A stretch of DNA of 64,000 nucleotides. It comes from Adineta vaga (taxonomy: Eukaryota > Animalia > Rotifera). The translations under genes were made by a program, and so were the position numbers. The stretch spans positions 17,980,001 to 18,044,000 of the forward strand of contig CP075492.1 of assembly GCA_021613535.1 (NCBI GenBank). Direction: 5' to 3'. The notes beneath the pieces were generated by a model. That model made no database searches and had not been told where the DNA came from. It worked only from the letters and a program-made list of their open reading frames with translations. Positions 41,618 to 53,943 of the stretch are shown here, piece after piece. Within the stretch, counting starts at the first letter, position 1, and each line of letters begins with the position of its first letter.

Positions 41618-41680
41618 TGAGGATGTGGATGGGTTGATGTGTAAATATGCTACTCTGATCCTCACCCATCCACACCCTGA
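41618..41680. repeat. Telomere-like palindromic site P16
   Basis: TGAGGATGTGGATGGG-TTGATGTGTAAATATGCTACTCTGAT-CCTCACCCATCCACACCCT. Confidence 0.85.
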
Positions 41681-41739
41681 TCATAAACACTTCAACATTC
41701 TCTTTCAGATCGTGTTTCACAAAAACAATTCGAATATTT

Positions 41740-43201
41740 TTATTTCTTTACAATAGAAAATTTATATACTTGATCATTACCCATAGCAAAAATATTGCCG
41801 AATTTATCAATTTTAATCGCTGATGGCCAATAATAAATAAGTTTCCCTAAATTATCTTCATTTCTAACAATCATTTGACTCTGATTTGTCTTCATATTTA
41901 ATTGATAAATAGTAGAGTCGTACATCTCAGCATAATAAAGATATCCATTACAATCCATTGTTATTCCTGTGACATATGTGAGATTTCCTATCACTGTCGT
42001 ACCATTTGTTGCATTAACTTCCCATCGTTGAATACGTTTATTGTTCCAATCTGCGATATATAATGTCAAATCATCGGTAACATAAAATGCAACTGGATCC
42101 GACAAATCAGTTGATCCGTTTAAATTGAAATGATTCTTTCCAGCAACAATAACTTTTGCCGTATAATTTGTTGATTTTAACCACTTTTTAATAAAATATC
42201 GTGTTCCAACATATATATTCATTTCTTTATCCAATGTAAGATGATGAAAATATCGTCCAAATAAATATTCTCCTGCTTCTCGAAATAAAATTCTTCCAAC
42301 TTTCTCATTTTTCTTCCATAAATGAACTCGATAAGATAGGGAATTGACTGGACTACGTATTTGTTTTTGATCGAGATCCATAATATACATATCTTCTGTA
42401 TTAATATCAACAAAAATAGATTGTGGTGAAACAAGACCTTTACTAGCCACAGTTATACCAGTCGCACCTACTTCGTTATTATAGATTTCGTTTAATGAAT
42501 ATTTTTGTATTCGATTATTATTTGTATCCGCAACATAGAGAGTATCATGAATATCATCGATAAAGAAATCTATTGGATTACATAAACTGTTTTCATTTGA
42601 AAGACACCGACCCAGTTGATTAACAACCACTACACCTGGCTTATTCCATGTTGCATTTACTGATGGAATAGGACATGACTGTGGTGAAAAAGTAATTGCA
42701 CCCATTGTTGCTATAAAAAAAGCAGTAAGAAGATCTCGACTATTTTTAAAAGAAAACATTGATCTTACTCGTTGATGATTGATTTAGCATGATAGTCACT
42801 TTAGTTGTCGTCGTGTCAGATATTGTAGATGATTGTAAATTAATAAATAATGAATGGTTTGAAATTTTGATTAAAATTATCAATAAAATTATTGATAATA
42901 ATACAATATTACAACCAATTAGAACTCTTTTGTCCGTTAAAACAGAAGATTTTCTAATGACAACACCTTGATTACTATGATTTGAAAGAAGTGATACATC
43001 ATCATCATCATTATTAAATTCGTGTTGTCGCTCTTCTTGGTTATTTTGATCAGCAACCGATGATAGAATTGGTTCTCGATTATTTTCTTCTACCATATTT
43101 TCACATGTTTCCTTCAGTGGTTCCAAATCCAATAATTCTCTTGCCATTTTAATCAATATATTATATGCTTTCTTGAATAACTTTTTTCGATAAGTTCTCA
43201 A
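41740..43201 (-). CDS. Type II membrane-anchored NHL-repeat protein (copy A); true start uncertain
   Basis: TM helix and Thr-rich stalk exon, intron 42711-42768, then an NHL propeller (LCNPIDFFID..LYVADTNNNRIQ). Confidence 0.88.
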
Positions 43202-44161
43202 TGTTTGACGATAAACACTAAACTTTAATTATTATTATCGAATTCTGCTAATTTCACAAGATATTTATGAAATAAGATCTGAAAAAGAATATTGAAGTGT
43301 ATAAAAGTAAAACCTTGGGTCGCATTTTTTCCCACACAACAGTGATTATGCTAACAATTTTTTGAAGTAGATAAATCATCAATTTTAACAAGAATTTCAC
43401 CAATACAAATATAAATTCTAAAAGGTTTCTTGTGTATCTAAATACATTTGTCGAGCTTTGGAATATATCTTTTTCAGCCATACGACTATTTGCAAAAAAA
43501 AACTGTACACTATTTGAAATAAAACGATTCAAATGACGAAAAAAAAACAGAAAAACATTTTTAATAAATGAGCCATGAAGACGAAAGGAAGTAATTTTGA
43601 TTTTTTTTTCGTTACACTTGAATAAATAACCTTGAAAGCAAAAAAAAAGTAAAGAAATACATTTATTATATGATGTGAACAGAAAAAAAAAAATTTTTTC
43701 CTTCATATTATATCGATTTTTTATGAAATACCATTAAATAGGTTGTATTTAACAGATTAAATTATTATAACTTCTATTAAATAAAAAATATTGAACGTAA
43801 TTAAGCTCCATATATTCTGTATCATATCTATTTAGTATTCGCTTAATATAATTGAGTATTGTGATGTTGGTTATGGTTTATGATAGTTACTTAAATACAA
43901 TAAAATTATCTTGTGCGTTCTTAATTCATTGTAAGTATTAAAGCACAGAGATTCTTTCATTTGATGATTCTCATGAGATCGAAGCTAGAAAACATTCTAT
44001 TTTTCAAAGTAACATACAATTAGTCGATATTTCTTCAAGATGAATTGCCAAGAAGTGAAAGTAACTCTCCGATATTCATTATCTTGAACAAGAATCGAAA
44101 TAGATTAGATGTACAATCTTTTTATTCATGGAAATAAAGATTATTAAAGACAAGTCAAATG

Positions 44162-45441
44162 TTATTTCTGTACGATAGAAAACTTCTGTACTTGCGCACT
44201 AACTATAAGGAATATATTACCAAATTTATCAACTTGAATTGCACTTGGCCACTGAAATTCATGTCTTCTTGAATCATCGTCAGAACGAAGAATAATTCGA
44301 GTCTCATTCGTTACTAGATTTAATTGAACAACTGTTCTCGCCATTTGCTGGATGAAATAAAGATATCCATTACAATCCATTGTTATTCCTGGAACATCTT
44401 TGAAGTTTCCTATGACTGTCGAACCTTCTGTTGCATTGACTGTCCATTTTTGAAGAGTAGAATTTTTCCAGTCTGATATATATAATGTCAAATCATCGGT
44501 AACAAAAAACGTCGATACCCAAAAGAAATCAGTCGTTACGTGTGAATTAAATTGATTCCTTCCCGCAACAATAACTTTTGCCGTGTAATTTGTTGATACT
44601 AACCATTTTTCAATAAAAAATCTTGTTCCAACATATATATTCATTTCTTTATCCAATGTAACATCATGAAAATATTGTCCAAATGAATGATCAGCTGCTT
44701 GGCTAAATAAAATTCTTCCGACATTATCGTTTTTCTTCCATAAATGAACTCGATAGGAGGCTGAATTTCCTTTATCGAAATCTTCTATTTGATCAAAATC
44801 CAAAATATACATATCTTCTGTATAAACATTAACAAATATAGATTGTGGTAAAACAAGACCTTTACTAGCCACAGTTATACCAGTAGAACTCATTTTGGAA
44901 TGATCGACTTCAGTTAATAAGTATTTTTGTATTCGATTATTATTTGTATCCGCAATATAAAGAGTATCATGGATATTATCGATAAATAAATCTCTTGGAT
45001 TACATAACCCATCCTCACCTGAAAAACACCGACCCAGTTGATTAACAAACACTACACCTGGTTTATTCCATGTTGCATTTGCAGAAGGAATAGTGCAAGG
45101 TATTGGTGAAAAAGTAATTGTTTCTCTTGTTGCTAAATAATCAAAATAATTTTTATTGTTATCTGTGTAAAAAAACAAACATTGATCTTACTTGTGAATG
45201 ATTGAGTCAACATGATAGTTGTTGTTGTTGTTGTTGTTGTTGTCGTATCATATTTTGTAGATAATTTTATCGACAAAAGTAATGTGATTGAAATTATTAA
45301 TAAAATTGTTAACAATGGTACAATGAGATAACCTATTAGAATTCGTTTTTTTCTTTGAACAGGAGGAGGAGGAGGAGGAGAAAGAGAAACATTTGGTATG
45401 GGATCTATTAATGGATATTCATCATCAAAAGCGACTCTCAT
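44162..45441 (-). CDS. Membrane-anchored NHL-repeat protein (copy B)
   Basis: Poly-Pro, TM and poly-Thr exon; intron 45133-45191 is in frame; NHL repeats follow. Confidence 0.9.
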
Positions 45442-45592
45442 CTAAAACAAATCAGAGAAAAAAAGTATTATGTATGTATAGAAATAAATTTTCTAGAAGA
45501 AACTTTATTGAAATTAAAATTATTCAACTTTTCCTTCATCAATGTGATCATCATAATCAATGACGTTTCTTCTCTACTAAATATGGACATGT

Positions 45593-48145
45593 TCATTTCA
45601 TATTTTTCAATTTGATTAATTGTTCTTCTGTTTGAATTAATATGACATGTTCAGGTGGATAAATTTTTCGATAAATTTCCAAAGCTCTTGAAATATTATT
45701 TTGATCATCATTTGAATCCAATTCTGCTAATTTCATAAGACATTTTGCTGTTGATAAATAATCAAAACGATAATTATGATTAAAAATCTCCATTGCTTTT
45801 CGATAATAATAAATATCATTTGATAAATCACCCATTTTTAAAAGAATTTGTCCAATACAAATATGTTTTGTATTTGATAAATATTTTTCATAAATCGATA
45901 ATTGTTCTTCACAAAATTTCAATGCAAAACTTTGTTTTTCTTGTTTATGATAAAGATCAGCAAGTGAATAAATACAATGAATCAAACGTGGATCACCAAT
46001 TGATAAATATGTTTTTCCTATTTCAAATGCAACAAGATAAAAACTTTCAGCAATATCATATTGTTCATCATTGAAATAAATATCACCTAAAACACCTTGA
46101 CAAACAAGAATATCTCCATAAGATGTTGGCTGAAATTGTTCGAAAATTTCTCGTGCATCTAAACACGTTTGTAGAGCTTTGGAATATTTCTTATTGACCA
46201 GCGGCGGACCATCACTGGACAATTGGCCGCAATTGTCATACCTGAAAAGAATGTTCACACTAGAATGTTCTAAAAAACAAAATCTTAAGGGTGTGGGCGA
46301 ACAGATAATATCTACATCTATACACCATTAATAACTAAAAATCATATATTGTCTCTGAATTGTGAAAAACCTGGAAAGTTGAAAAATCGTCAATACTACC
46401 GCTCCCTAATGTTTTCGATCTTATAAAACACTCCTATCAAGCAAAACCTTTTCTTCTCACACTTACAAGTTCCGTGTCGGCGCGCCACTGTCATCGACAA
46501 TGAATATTGTTGCAAGATTTAATTTTGTTATTGCAGTATTAATTAGATTGTTTTTACAATTTAATGTTTTTTTATAATATATTTTAGCTAATTTTATATT
46601 TCCAATAGCTTTATAATAATTTCCAAGATAATTATAAATAATAAACATATTTGAATCATCGATTGAATATTTTTTTCGTTTTAATTCAAAAGATTTTTCA
46701 AAATATTCATATGCTTTATAAAAACTTTTCACACGCATTTTAATATCACCAAGATATTCATTAATTGAAGGTTGATCGTAATGATTAGGTTCAGGTAAAT
46801 TTCTTGAAATCATTTTAAAATATGATTCAGCTTTATCATAATGATGCATATCAATTAATAATTTTCCAAAAAAAAGATTGATATTTATTTTTGAGAATTT
46901 TTTCTGAATTGTTTCCATACGTTGTTTTATATCTTCTATACATTCATCAGTAACATGCATTCGAATTCGCCAAAATTCCTCTTCTTTTTCATAATTATCT
47001 ATTTGAAAAACTGTTCCAATATTAAAAAGAATTTCTTCTTCTTCTCCACTATTTTGAAAAATGCCTTTCTTTTCAATATTTTCAAAATATCGCGTAATAT
47101 CAACAAATATTGTATGTTTTAATTCATTTGCATTAACAATTATTTCAAAAATCACAACATGAAAATGTTCAGTATCTGTAGCACCAAAGATAAATTGTTT
47201 AGCTTTATCAAATGATTTTGATGTTGAAAGAAATCCATTACATGAAATTAATCCACCACAATTTGAAATAATATTATCAAATTCTTGTTTTGGTACTTGT
47301 GATTGTCCACGATAAACAATAAAACGTTTTTTTATCTTTTGTTCACAATGAACTTCTTCTAATTGTTTACATAAATCATTAATATAAAATCGAAATGTAT
47401 ACCACATTGCTGAATCTTCCGTTCGAAATGCTCGATTAACTAATCGATAAACAAACGTATCTTCTGTATACCATTCGATTGCATTTTTCGGTTGATATTT
47501 GTCACGAAAAAATTCAATATGTAAAAGTTGTTTAGAATCATTTTGATAGAAATTTTTCACTTGATTTATCATTGATTCTTTTGCTTGTTTCATATTTGAT
47601 GTTTGTTTTAATATTTCAATAAGTAAAATATATGAATAAAGTGTATTTGTATTATTATAAATTCTTGTTTTTAATGATAAAATTGTATTAAAACGACGAT
47701 TATCATAGAGATGAAATTTTAATGATGATAATAAATGTTCAATCGATGCTTTTAATGAATCATGATTGTTACAAATATCATTAACATAATATGATTTTAA
47801 ATGATTTTCATATTTTTTATAATCATGACAAAAAATAATTAATAATGGAAGTTTATCTTTATTATCACGAAAATTATCTAAAAATATTTCCACATAAGAA
47901 CCTGATATAATTAATAAAGTTTTTGTTTCAAAGAAATAATTATTTTCTAAATGATCATAAAATTGATTAATATCATTATAAAATAAAGAATTCTTATTAA
48001 TTTCTTTTAATATTAATTTTGTTCGTAATATATCTCGATGATCTTCTTTACAATCTTGATCTAACCATATTAATGTAAATAAATCAGATTTATCTTCTTC
48101 ATCAACATAATGGACGGGGCGACGTGGTAAAGAAACTATCGACAT
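45593..48145 (-). CDS. R-S-E ADP-ribosyltransferase plus C-terminal TPR repeats; one intron derived from a transposon
   Basis: ART motifs VYRGQ, GFLSTS and EEEEILF, then TPR helices. Intron 46242-46466 joins the two ORFs in frame. Confidence 0.88.
46199..46490. mobile_element. hAT-type MITE (292 bp) inserted in a TPR exon
   Basis: TIRs CAGCGGCG...CGCCACTG; 8-bp target duplication TTATTGAC / TCATCGAC (6 of 8 match). Confidence 0.75.
46284..46326. repeat. Palindromic site P17 (short right arm) inside the hAT MITE
   Basis: CTTAAGGGTGTGGGCG-AACAGATAATATCTACATCTAT-ACACC. Confidence 0.65.
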
Positions 48146-48319
48146 TAATTTTCAATAGAAACTATCAACGTTTTGTAACTTATTTTTTTTGTCTGAATCA
48201 TTTAAATGAAAGGACGTATGTGATATTTTTCATCATACGCTTGAATAAACACTTTTAAAAATAATTAATAACACCATGTGATAAAAAAATATTTATTTTC
48301 TATCGACACATCAAATATT

Positions 48320-49510
48320 ATGTTAAGTTTTTCTGGTGTATCAAATGCATATTATCAAATCGATGATATTCCGGATAATAATCTTACTTCTATCACTACC
48401 ATTAAACCAAAGAGAAATTTATTCAAACGATTTATATTGATATTAGTTATTGGTATATTTTGTATTGTAGTTTTAACGATAATAATGATGAAAATAATTC
48501 CCATATTAAAACGAAAATCATTAGATTCTTCAAATTATAAAAATTCATCATTAAATAAAAACAAATTTATTTTAAATATACCAAAACCTTTCAAATCTAA
48601 TACTTCATTGAATTATTGCCAAATACCGACGAAGCCGATTTACAAAAAAAATGGTACCATTGTTGCTGGAGTATTGGCTTCATCTACTGATGAATTAAAT
48701 AAATTGAACGGACCAACATCTGTTTATCTTGATGGTCAACGAAATATTTATGTTGCTGATACATCAAATCATCGAATTCGAAAATATTCTCCTGAAAATT
48801 CTGATAAAGGTGAAACAATGCTTGATGAAACATCAAATATAAATTATCCACGTTGTTTATTTATTGATCAAGAATCGAATTATTTATTTTTTCTTGATCA
48901 AGATAATCAAGGAAATTATCGTGTACAAATTCTTCAATTCAATTCAAATCCATTGAAATCAACAATTCTTCTTCAAGGAAATCAAACAAAATCATATGGA
49001 ATGAGTTTAGATCAAGATTTTAATATTTATATATCAGAATATAATTATCATCGAATTGTAAAATGGTTATCACCAAATTATGAGCAATATTTAATCATTG
49101 TTAATAATGATAAAAATCAATTAATTTATCCAAGAAGTATTTATATTGATCAAAGTACAAATAATTTATATGTTGCAGATAAAAATCGAATTCAATGTTG
49201 GTTTAAGAATTCCAATCAATTTGAAATTGTTATGCAAGGTGGATCAGTATGTCCTAATGGAATTGAATTCGATTGCCATGGAAATCTTTATATATCTCAA
49301 GATAGAACAATAAGAATAATCAATCAAAACACGGGTTTATCAGGAATTGATATTATTGAAATACAATCTTATTATCAATGGGATTCTTATTTTAGAAAAA
49401 ACGATGATTCTTCTCATCCAGAAGGAATTTATCTTGATAGAACAAATGGAGATTTATATATAGTTGATTCATCTTTTAATCTCATAGAAAAGTTTACTAT
49501 TGAAAATTAA
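48320..49510 (+). CDS. Membrane-anchored NHL-repeat protein, intronless
   Basis: TM segment FILILVIGIFCIVVLTIIMM; NHL repeat LNGPTSVYLD..IYVADTSNHRIRK. Confidence 0.9.
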   Translation: MLSFSGVSNAYYQIDDIPDNNLTSITTIKPKRNLFKRFILILVIGIFCIVVLTIIMMKIIPILKRKSLDSSNYKNSSLNKNKFILNIPKPFKSNTSLNYCQIPTKPIYKKNGTIVAGVLASSTDELNKLNGPTSVYLDGQRNIYVADTSNHRIRKYSPENSDKGETMLDETSNINYPRCLFIDQESNYLFFLDQDNQGNYRVQILQFNSNPLKSTILLQGNQTKSYGMSLDQDFNIYISEYNYHRIVKWLSPNYEQYLIIVNNDKNQLIYPRSIYIDQSTNNLYVADKNRIQCWFKNSNQFEIVMQGGSVCPNGIEFDCHGNLYISQDRTIRIINQNTGLSGIDIIEIQSYYQWDSYFRKNDDSSHPEGIYLDRTNGDLYIVDSSFNLIEKFTIEN

Positions 49511-49576
49511 AATTCGTTTTTTGTAATTTATTCATAAAAATGAAAATATACGCATTTAATACAAACATTTCAAATA

Positions 49577-50856
49577 TTATTTCTGTACGATAGAAAACTT
49601 ATTTACATGATCAACATCTAGAAGAAAAATATTACCAAATCTATCAACCTGAATTGCTATTGGTAAATGAATTGAAGATTTTCCAAAAGCATTTTCAAAA
49701 CTAGCAATAATTCGAGTCTCATTCGTCACCATATTTATTTGAGAAATAGTATTATTGTTTGACTCAGCATAATAAAGATATCCATTACAATCCATTGTAA
49801 TTCCCAAAACCTGTGGGACGTTTCCTATGACTATCGTACCTTCTGTTGCGTTGACCGTCCATTTTTGAATACGTTTATTTTTCCAATCAGATATATATAA
49901 TGTCAAATCACTGGTAACAAAAAACGTCAGTGGATCGTATATATCAGTCGATTGTGTCGGATCGTACGTGTTCTTTCCAGCAACAACAATTCTTTTCGTA
50001 TAATTTGTTGATGCTAACCACTTTTTGATAAAAAATCTTGTTCCAACATATATATTCATTTCTTTATCCAATGTAAGATGATGAAAATATTGTCCAAATG
50101 AATATTCCCCTGCTTCTCTAAATAAAATTCTTCCGACATTATCGTTTTTCTTCCATAAATGAACTCGATAGGAGGCTGAATTTCCTTTATCGAAATCTTC
50201 TATTTGATCAAAATCCAAAATATACATATCTTCTGTATAAACATTAACAAATATAGATTGTGGTAAAACAAGACCTTTACTGGCCACAGTTATACCAGTA
50301 GAAATCATTTTGGAATGATCGATTCCAGTTAATAAGTATTTTTGTATTCGATTATTATTTGTATCCGCAATATAAAGAGTATCATGGATATTATCGATAA
50401 ATAAATCTCTTGGATTACATAATAAAATTTTATTTGAAGAACAGGCACTAAATGGATTAATAAATACAATAGCTGTTCGAATCCATGTTGCATTTGCAGA
50501 AGGAATAGTACAAGGTATTGGTGAAAAAGTACTTGTTTCTCTTGTTGCTAAATAATCAAAATAATTTTTATTGTTATCTGTGTAAAAAAACAAACATTGA
50601 TCTTACTTGTGAATGATTGAGCCAACATGATAGTTGTTGTTGTTGTTGTTGTTGTCGTATCATATTTTGTAGATAATTTTATCGACAAAAGTAATGTGAT
50701 TGAAATTATTAATAAAATTGTTAACAATGTTACAATGAGATAACCTATTAGAATTCGTTTTTTTCTTTGAACAGGAGGAGGAGGAGGAGGAGGAGAAAGA
50801 GAAACATTTGGTATGGGATCTATTAATGGATATTCATCATCAAAAGCGACTCTCAT
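49577..50856 (-). CDS. Membrane-anchored NHL-repeat protein (copy C, duplicate of B)
   Basis: 5' exon, intron and upstream DNA are near-identical to copy B. Confidence 0.9.
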
Positions 50857-51026
50857 CTAAAACAAATCAGAGAAAAAAAGTATTATGTATGTATGGAAAT
50901 AAATTTTCTAGAAGAAACTTTATTGAAATTAAAATTATTCAACTTTTCCTTCATCAATGTGATCATCATAATCAATGACGTTTCTTCTCTACTAAATATG
51001 GACATGTTCATTTCATATTTTGTAAT

Positions 51027-51822
51027 TTATTCGTGAAAATGAATATATATATATATATATATATGTATTAAATTAAAAGATTTCATATACGATTTCTTTA
51101 CAATAGAAAATTTATATACTTGATCATTACCCATAGCAAAAATATTGCCGAATTTATCAATTTTAATCGCTGATGGCCAATAATAAATAAGTTTCCCTAA
51201 ATTATCTTCATTTCTAACAATCATTTGACTCTGATTTGTCATCATATTTAATTGATAAATAGTAGAGTCGTACATCTCAGCATAATAAAGGTATCCATTA
51301 CAATCCATTGTTATTCCTGTGACATATGTGAGATTTCCTATCACTGTCGTACCATTTGTTGCATTAACTTCCCATCGTTGAATACGTTTATTGTTCCAAT
51401 CTGCGATATATAATGTCAAATCATCGGTAACATAAAATGCAACTGGATCCGACAAATCAGTTGATCCGTTTAAATTGAAATGATTCTTTCCAGCAACAAT
51501 AACTTTTGCAGTATAATTTGTTGATGCTAACCACTTTTTAATAAAATATCGTGTTCCAACATATATATTCATTTCTTTATCCAATGTAAGATGATGAAAA
51601 TATCGTCCAAATAAATATTCTCCTGCTTCTCGAAATAAAATTCTTCCAACTTTCTCATTTTTCTTCCATAAATGAACTCGATAAGATAGGGAATTGACTG
51701 GACTACGTATTTGTTTTTGATCGAGATCCATAATATACATATCTTCTGTATTAATATCAACAAAAATAGATTGTGGTGAAACAAGACCTTTACTAGCCAC
51801 AGTTATACCAGTCGTACCTACT
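51027..51822 (-). pseudogene. 5'-truncated near-identical duplicate of NHL copy A
   Basis: 51092-51822 matches 41742-42472. The 5' part is missing and the stop codon is lost. Confidence 0.85.
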
Positions 51823-53278
51823 TATATAATGATGGATTTGGAATTTTGATTGAAATGAGTAATATAATTATTAATAATAATATAACCATCGAACTGATTA
51901 GAAATGTTTTTTTTTGTTAGAAGAAAGACAAACATATGGATGTTCAGAAGTAGAATTTGGCATCTAAAAAATATAGAAAGAAATAGTACATGTTTCAAAT
52001 AAATTTCACATAAGAAAGATTGTCTGATTTTATAATTCTGATTATTTCTAATGATAAAATTTGTTCTTTAATAATTTATTGTCGACGAACTTTTTCCATT
52101 TGTTTGGAAATGAGTGTAAGTTAGATATTGAGGCTTTTGTCATTCTTCGTATATCATTCCATTGTATTAGTCAATTCATATATCTTCGTGAGAAATATAA
52201 TGAGCTGGACCGACGTAGAAGAGAATGTGTATATAAAATATTTTATCAAATAGAAAAATACGTTTCATAAATTGCTTTTAACGCGTCATGTAAGTGAAAA
52301 AAGAAAGGAAGTGTCATACTTTCGTTATGCATGAATAAATAACGTTGAAAATAAATTTATATTATGAAATGAAGGATAATTCTTCTATAAAGTTTCAGTT
52401 CTTAAAAAACGATTCCCACATCAAAGTGTATATTGCAATCGGTTGCGGAATACATTTTTATCTCTGTAATTTTATAACTGGTTAACATATATGATGAAGA
52501 AAGGGAAAAAAGACAAGCAAAAACAGTTCGAATACTAAAAGATTGATTCGGGTACATAAAAAAAATATTTTTTATCTTCCTTGGTCGAAAGTAACGACGA
52601 TTGTATCTCTACGTAACCGACTGTTATCTAGACAAGATTCCAACGGTATTTCTTTGAATTTTACTTCGATCGCTGAAGATTTCAGTTGAATTGTTCGAGG
52701 CTTCAATTCACATTACATTCATATCGCTTTGGATTTTTCTAGATATCATTGTTTACAACGAGATTGCACTGTATCTATTCAGGATTTGACCCTTAAAATA
52801 AAGAGAAAGATCACACTGTTTTTTAAAGTTATAATGATTCTACCGATTTGGAAATTTCTCCATAGTTTCGCATGATTTTTGAACAGAAATCGTTGAAAAT
52901 CACCACATATCAGTTCGATCTTCTAGAAGGACAGGCAGTTAATTAAATCATTCGTTCGAATACTAATTTATTGAGGAAAATTGTTTTCTAGTAAGATGCT
53001 TTACAGAAAGGATGGCATCGATCTCAGAAGCTCTTAGAAAACTTTTTGCGTTTACAGCCGTGCGTCATCGACCTGATTTGACTTAAGGACAAAACAAAAA
53101 TAGTTTTGATATCTCAATATTTCGAATCAACTATGTTATAAATAATTATACTAATTATTAATATGAACGATCATACATCATCATTATTTCCAATCGATTG
53201 TCAATATTTGAGACAGTATATAGGTCAAACCTCATCTGAATAAAATTTATATTTTTTCTCATACTACTCCTGCGTCTC

Positions 53279-53732
53279 ATGAATGGATTACAAAAATGGA
53301 CAAAGGTAGAAAAAGACATTCATTCTGAAACTACATCTCTATGTACGACATTGAAACTGGCCATCAGACAATACAATCCAGATTCTATCGCTACCAGTAT
53401 TATCTCGCCCAATGAAATGAATCGAAGTGAAAAATTAAATGAAATAGAACCTAGATTTATGTACTCACAGATTTTTAAAGAGATTCTCTTACAAATGAAT
53501 TCAGATAATAATTTAACTCGCGAATTTATTACATTCTGCCGAAATAATAATTTTGGTTTAGTAAAAAACATTGATTTGTTCGAAGAAGAATATCATAATC
53601 GATTATCGATCTGGTGGTATACATGGCCAGTCTTCGTACTTTGGAAACTGATATCATTATTAAAATGGGTTTCTCTATTTATGATTTACATCATCAAATT
53701 CAGCAACTATATCATGAACAACTTAATGATTA
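53279..53732 (+). pseudogene. Fragment of an ART-TPR family gene, cut at P18
   Basis: FMYSQIFKEILL...FEEEYHNRLSIWWYT is paralogous to the 46463-48145 N-terminal half. It is frameshifted and stops before the YRG motif. Confidence 0.7.
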
Positions 53733-53796
53733 TGAGGATGGGTGTGGGTGTGGATGTTTTCTTCATCTATACTAGCATCCACGCCCACACCCTCAA
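53733..53796. repeat. Telomere-like palindromic site P18
   Basis: TGAGGATGGGTGTGGGTGTGGATG-TTTTCTTCATCTATACTAG-CATCCACGCCCACACCCTCAA. Confidence 0.92.
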
Positions 53797-53943
53797 TTAC
53801 TAATAAGCTGGTATTGAAAAAAGCCTTAAATAATAATAGGGAATAATTCGCATTATAACTTTTATTTTGTCACTTTTCCAAAGATAAACATTAAAACGGA
53901 AAATGAAAATAGATTATTTAAAGTTTTTTCATCATTTTTGATT

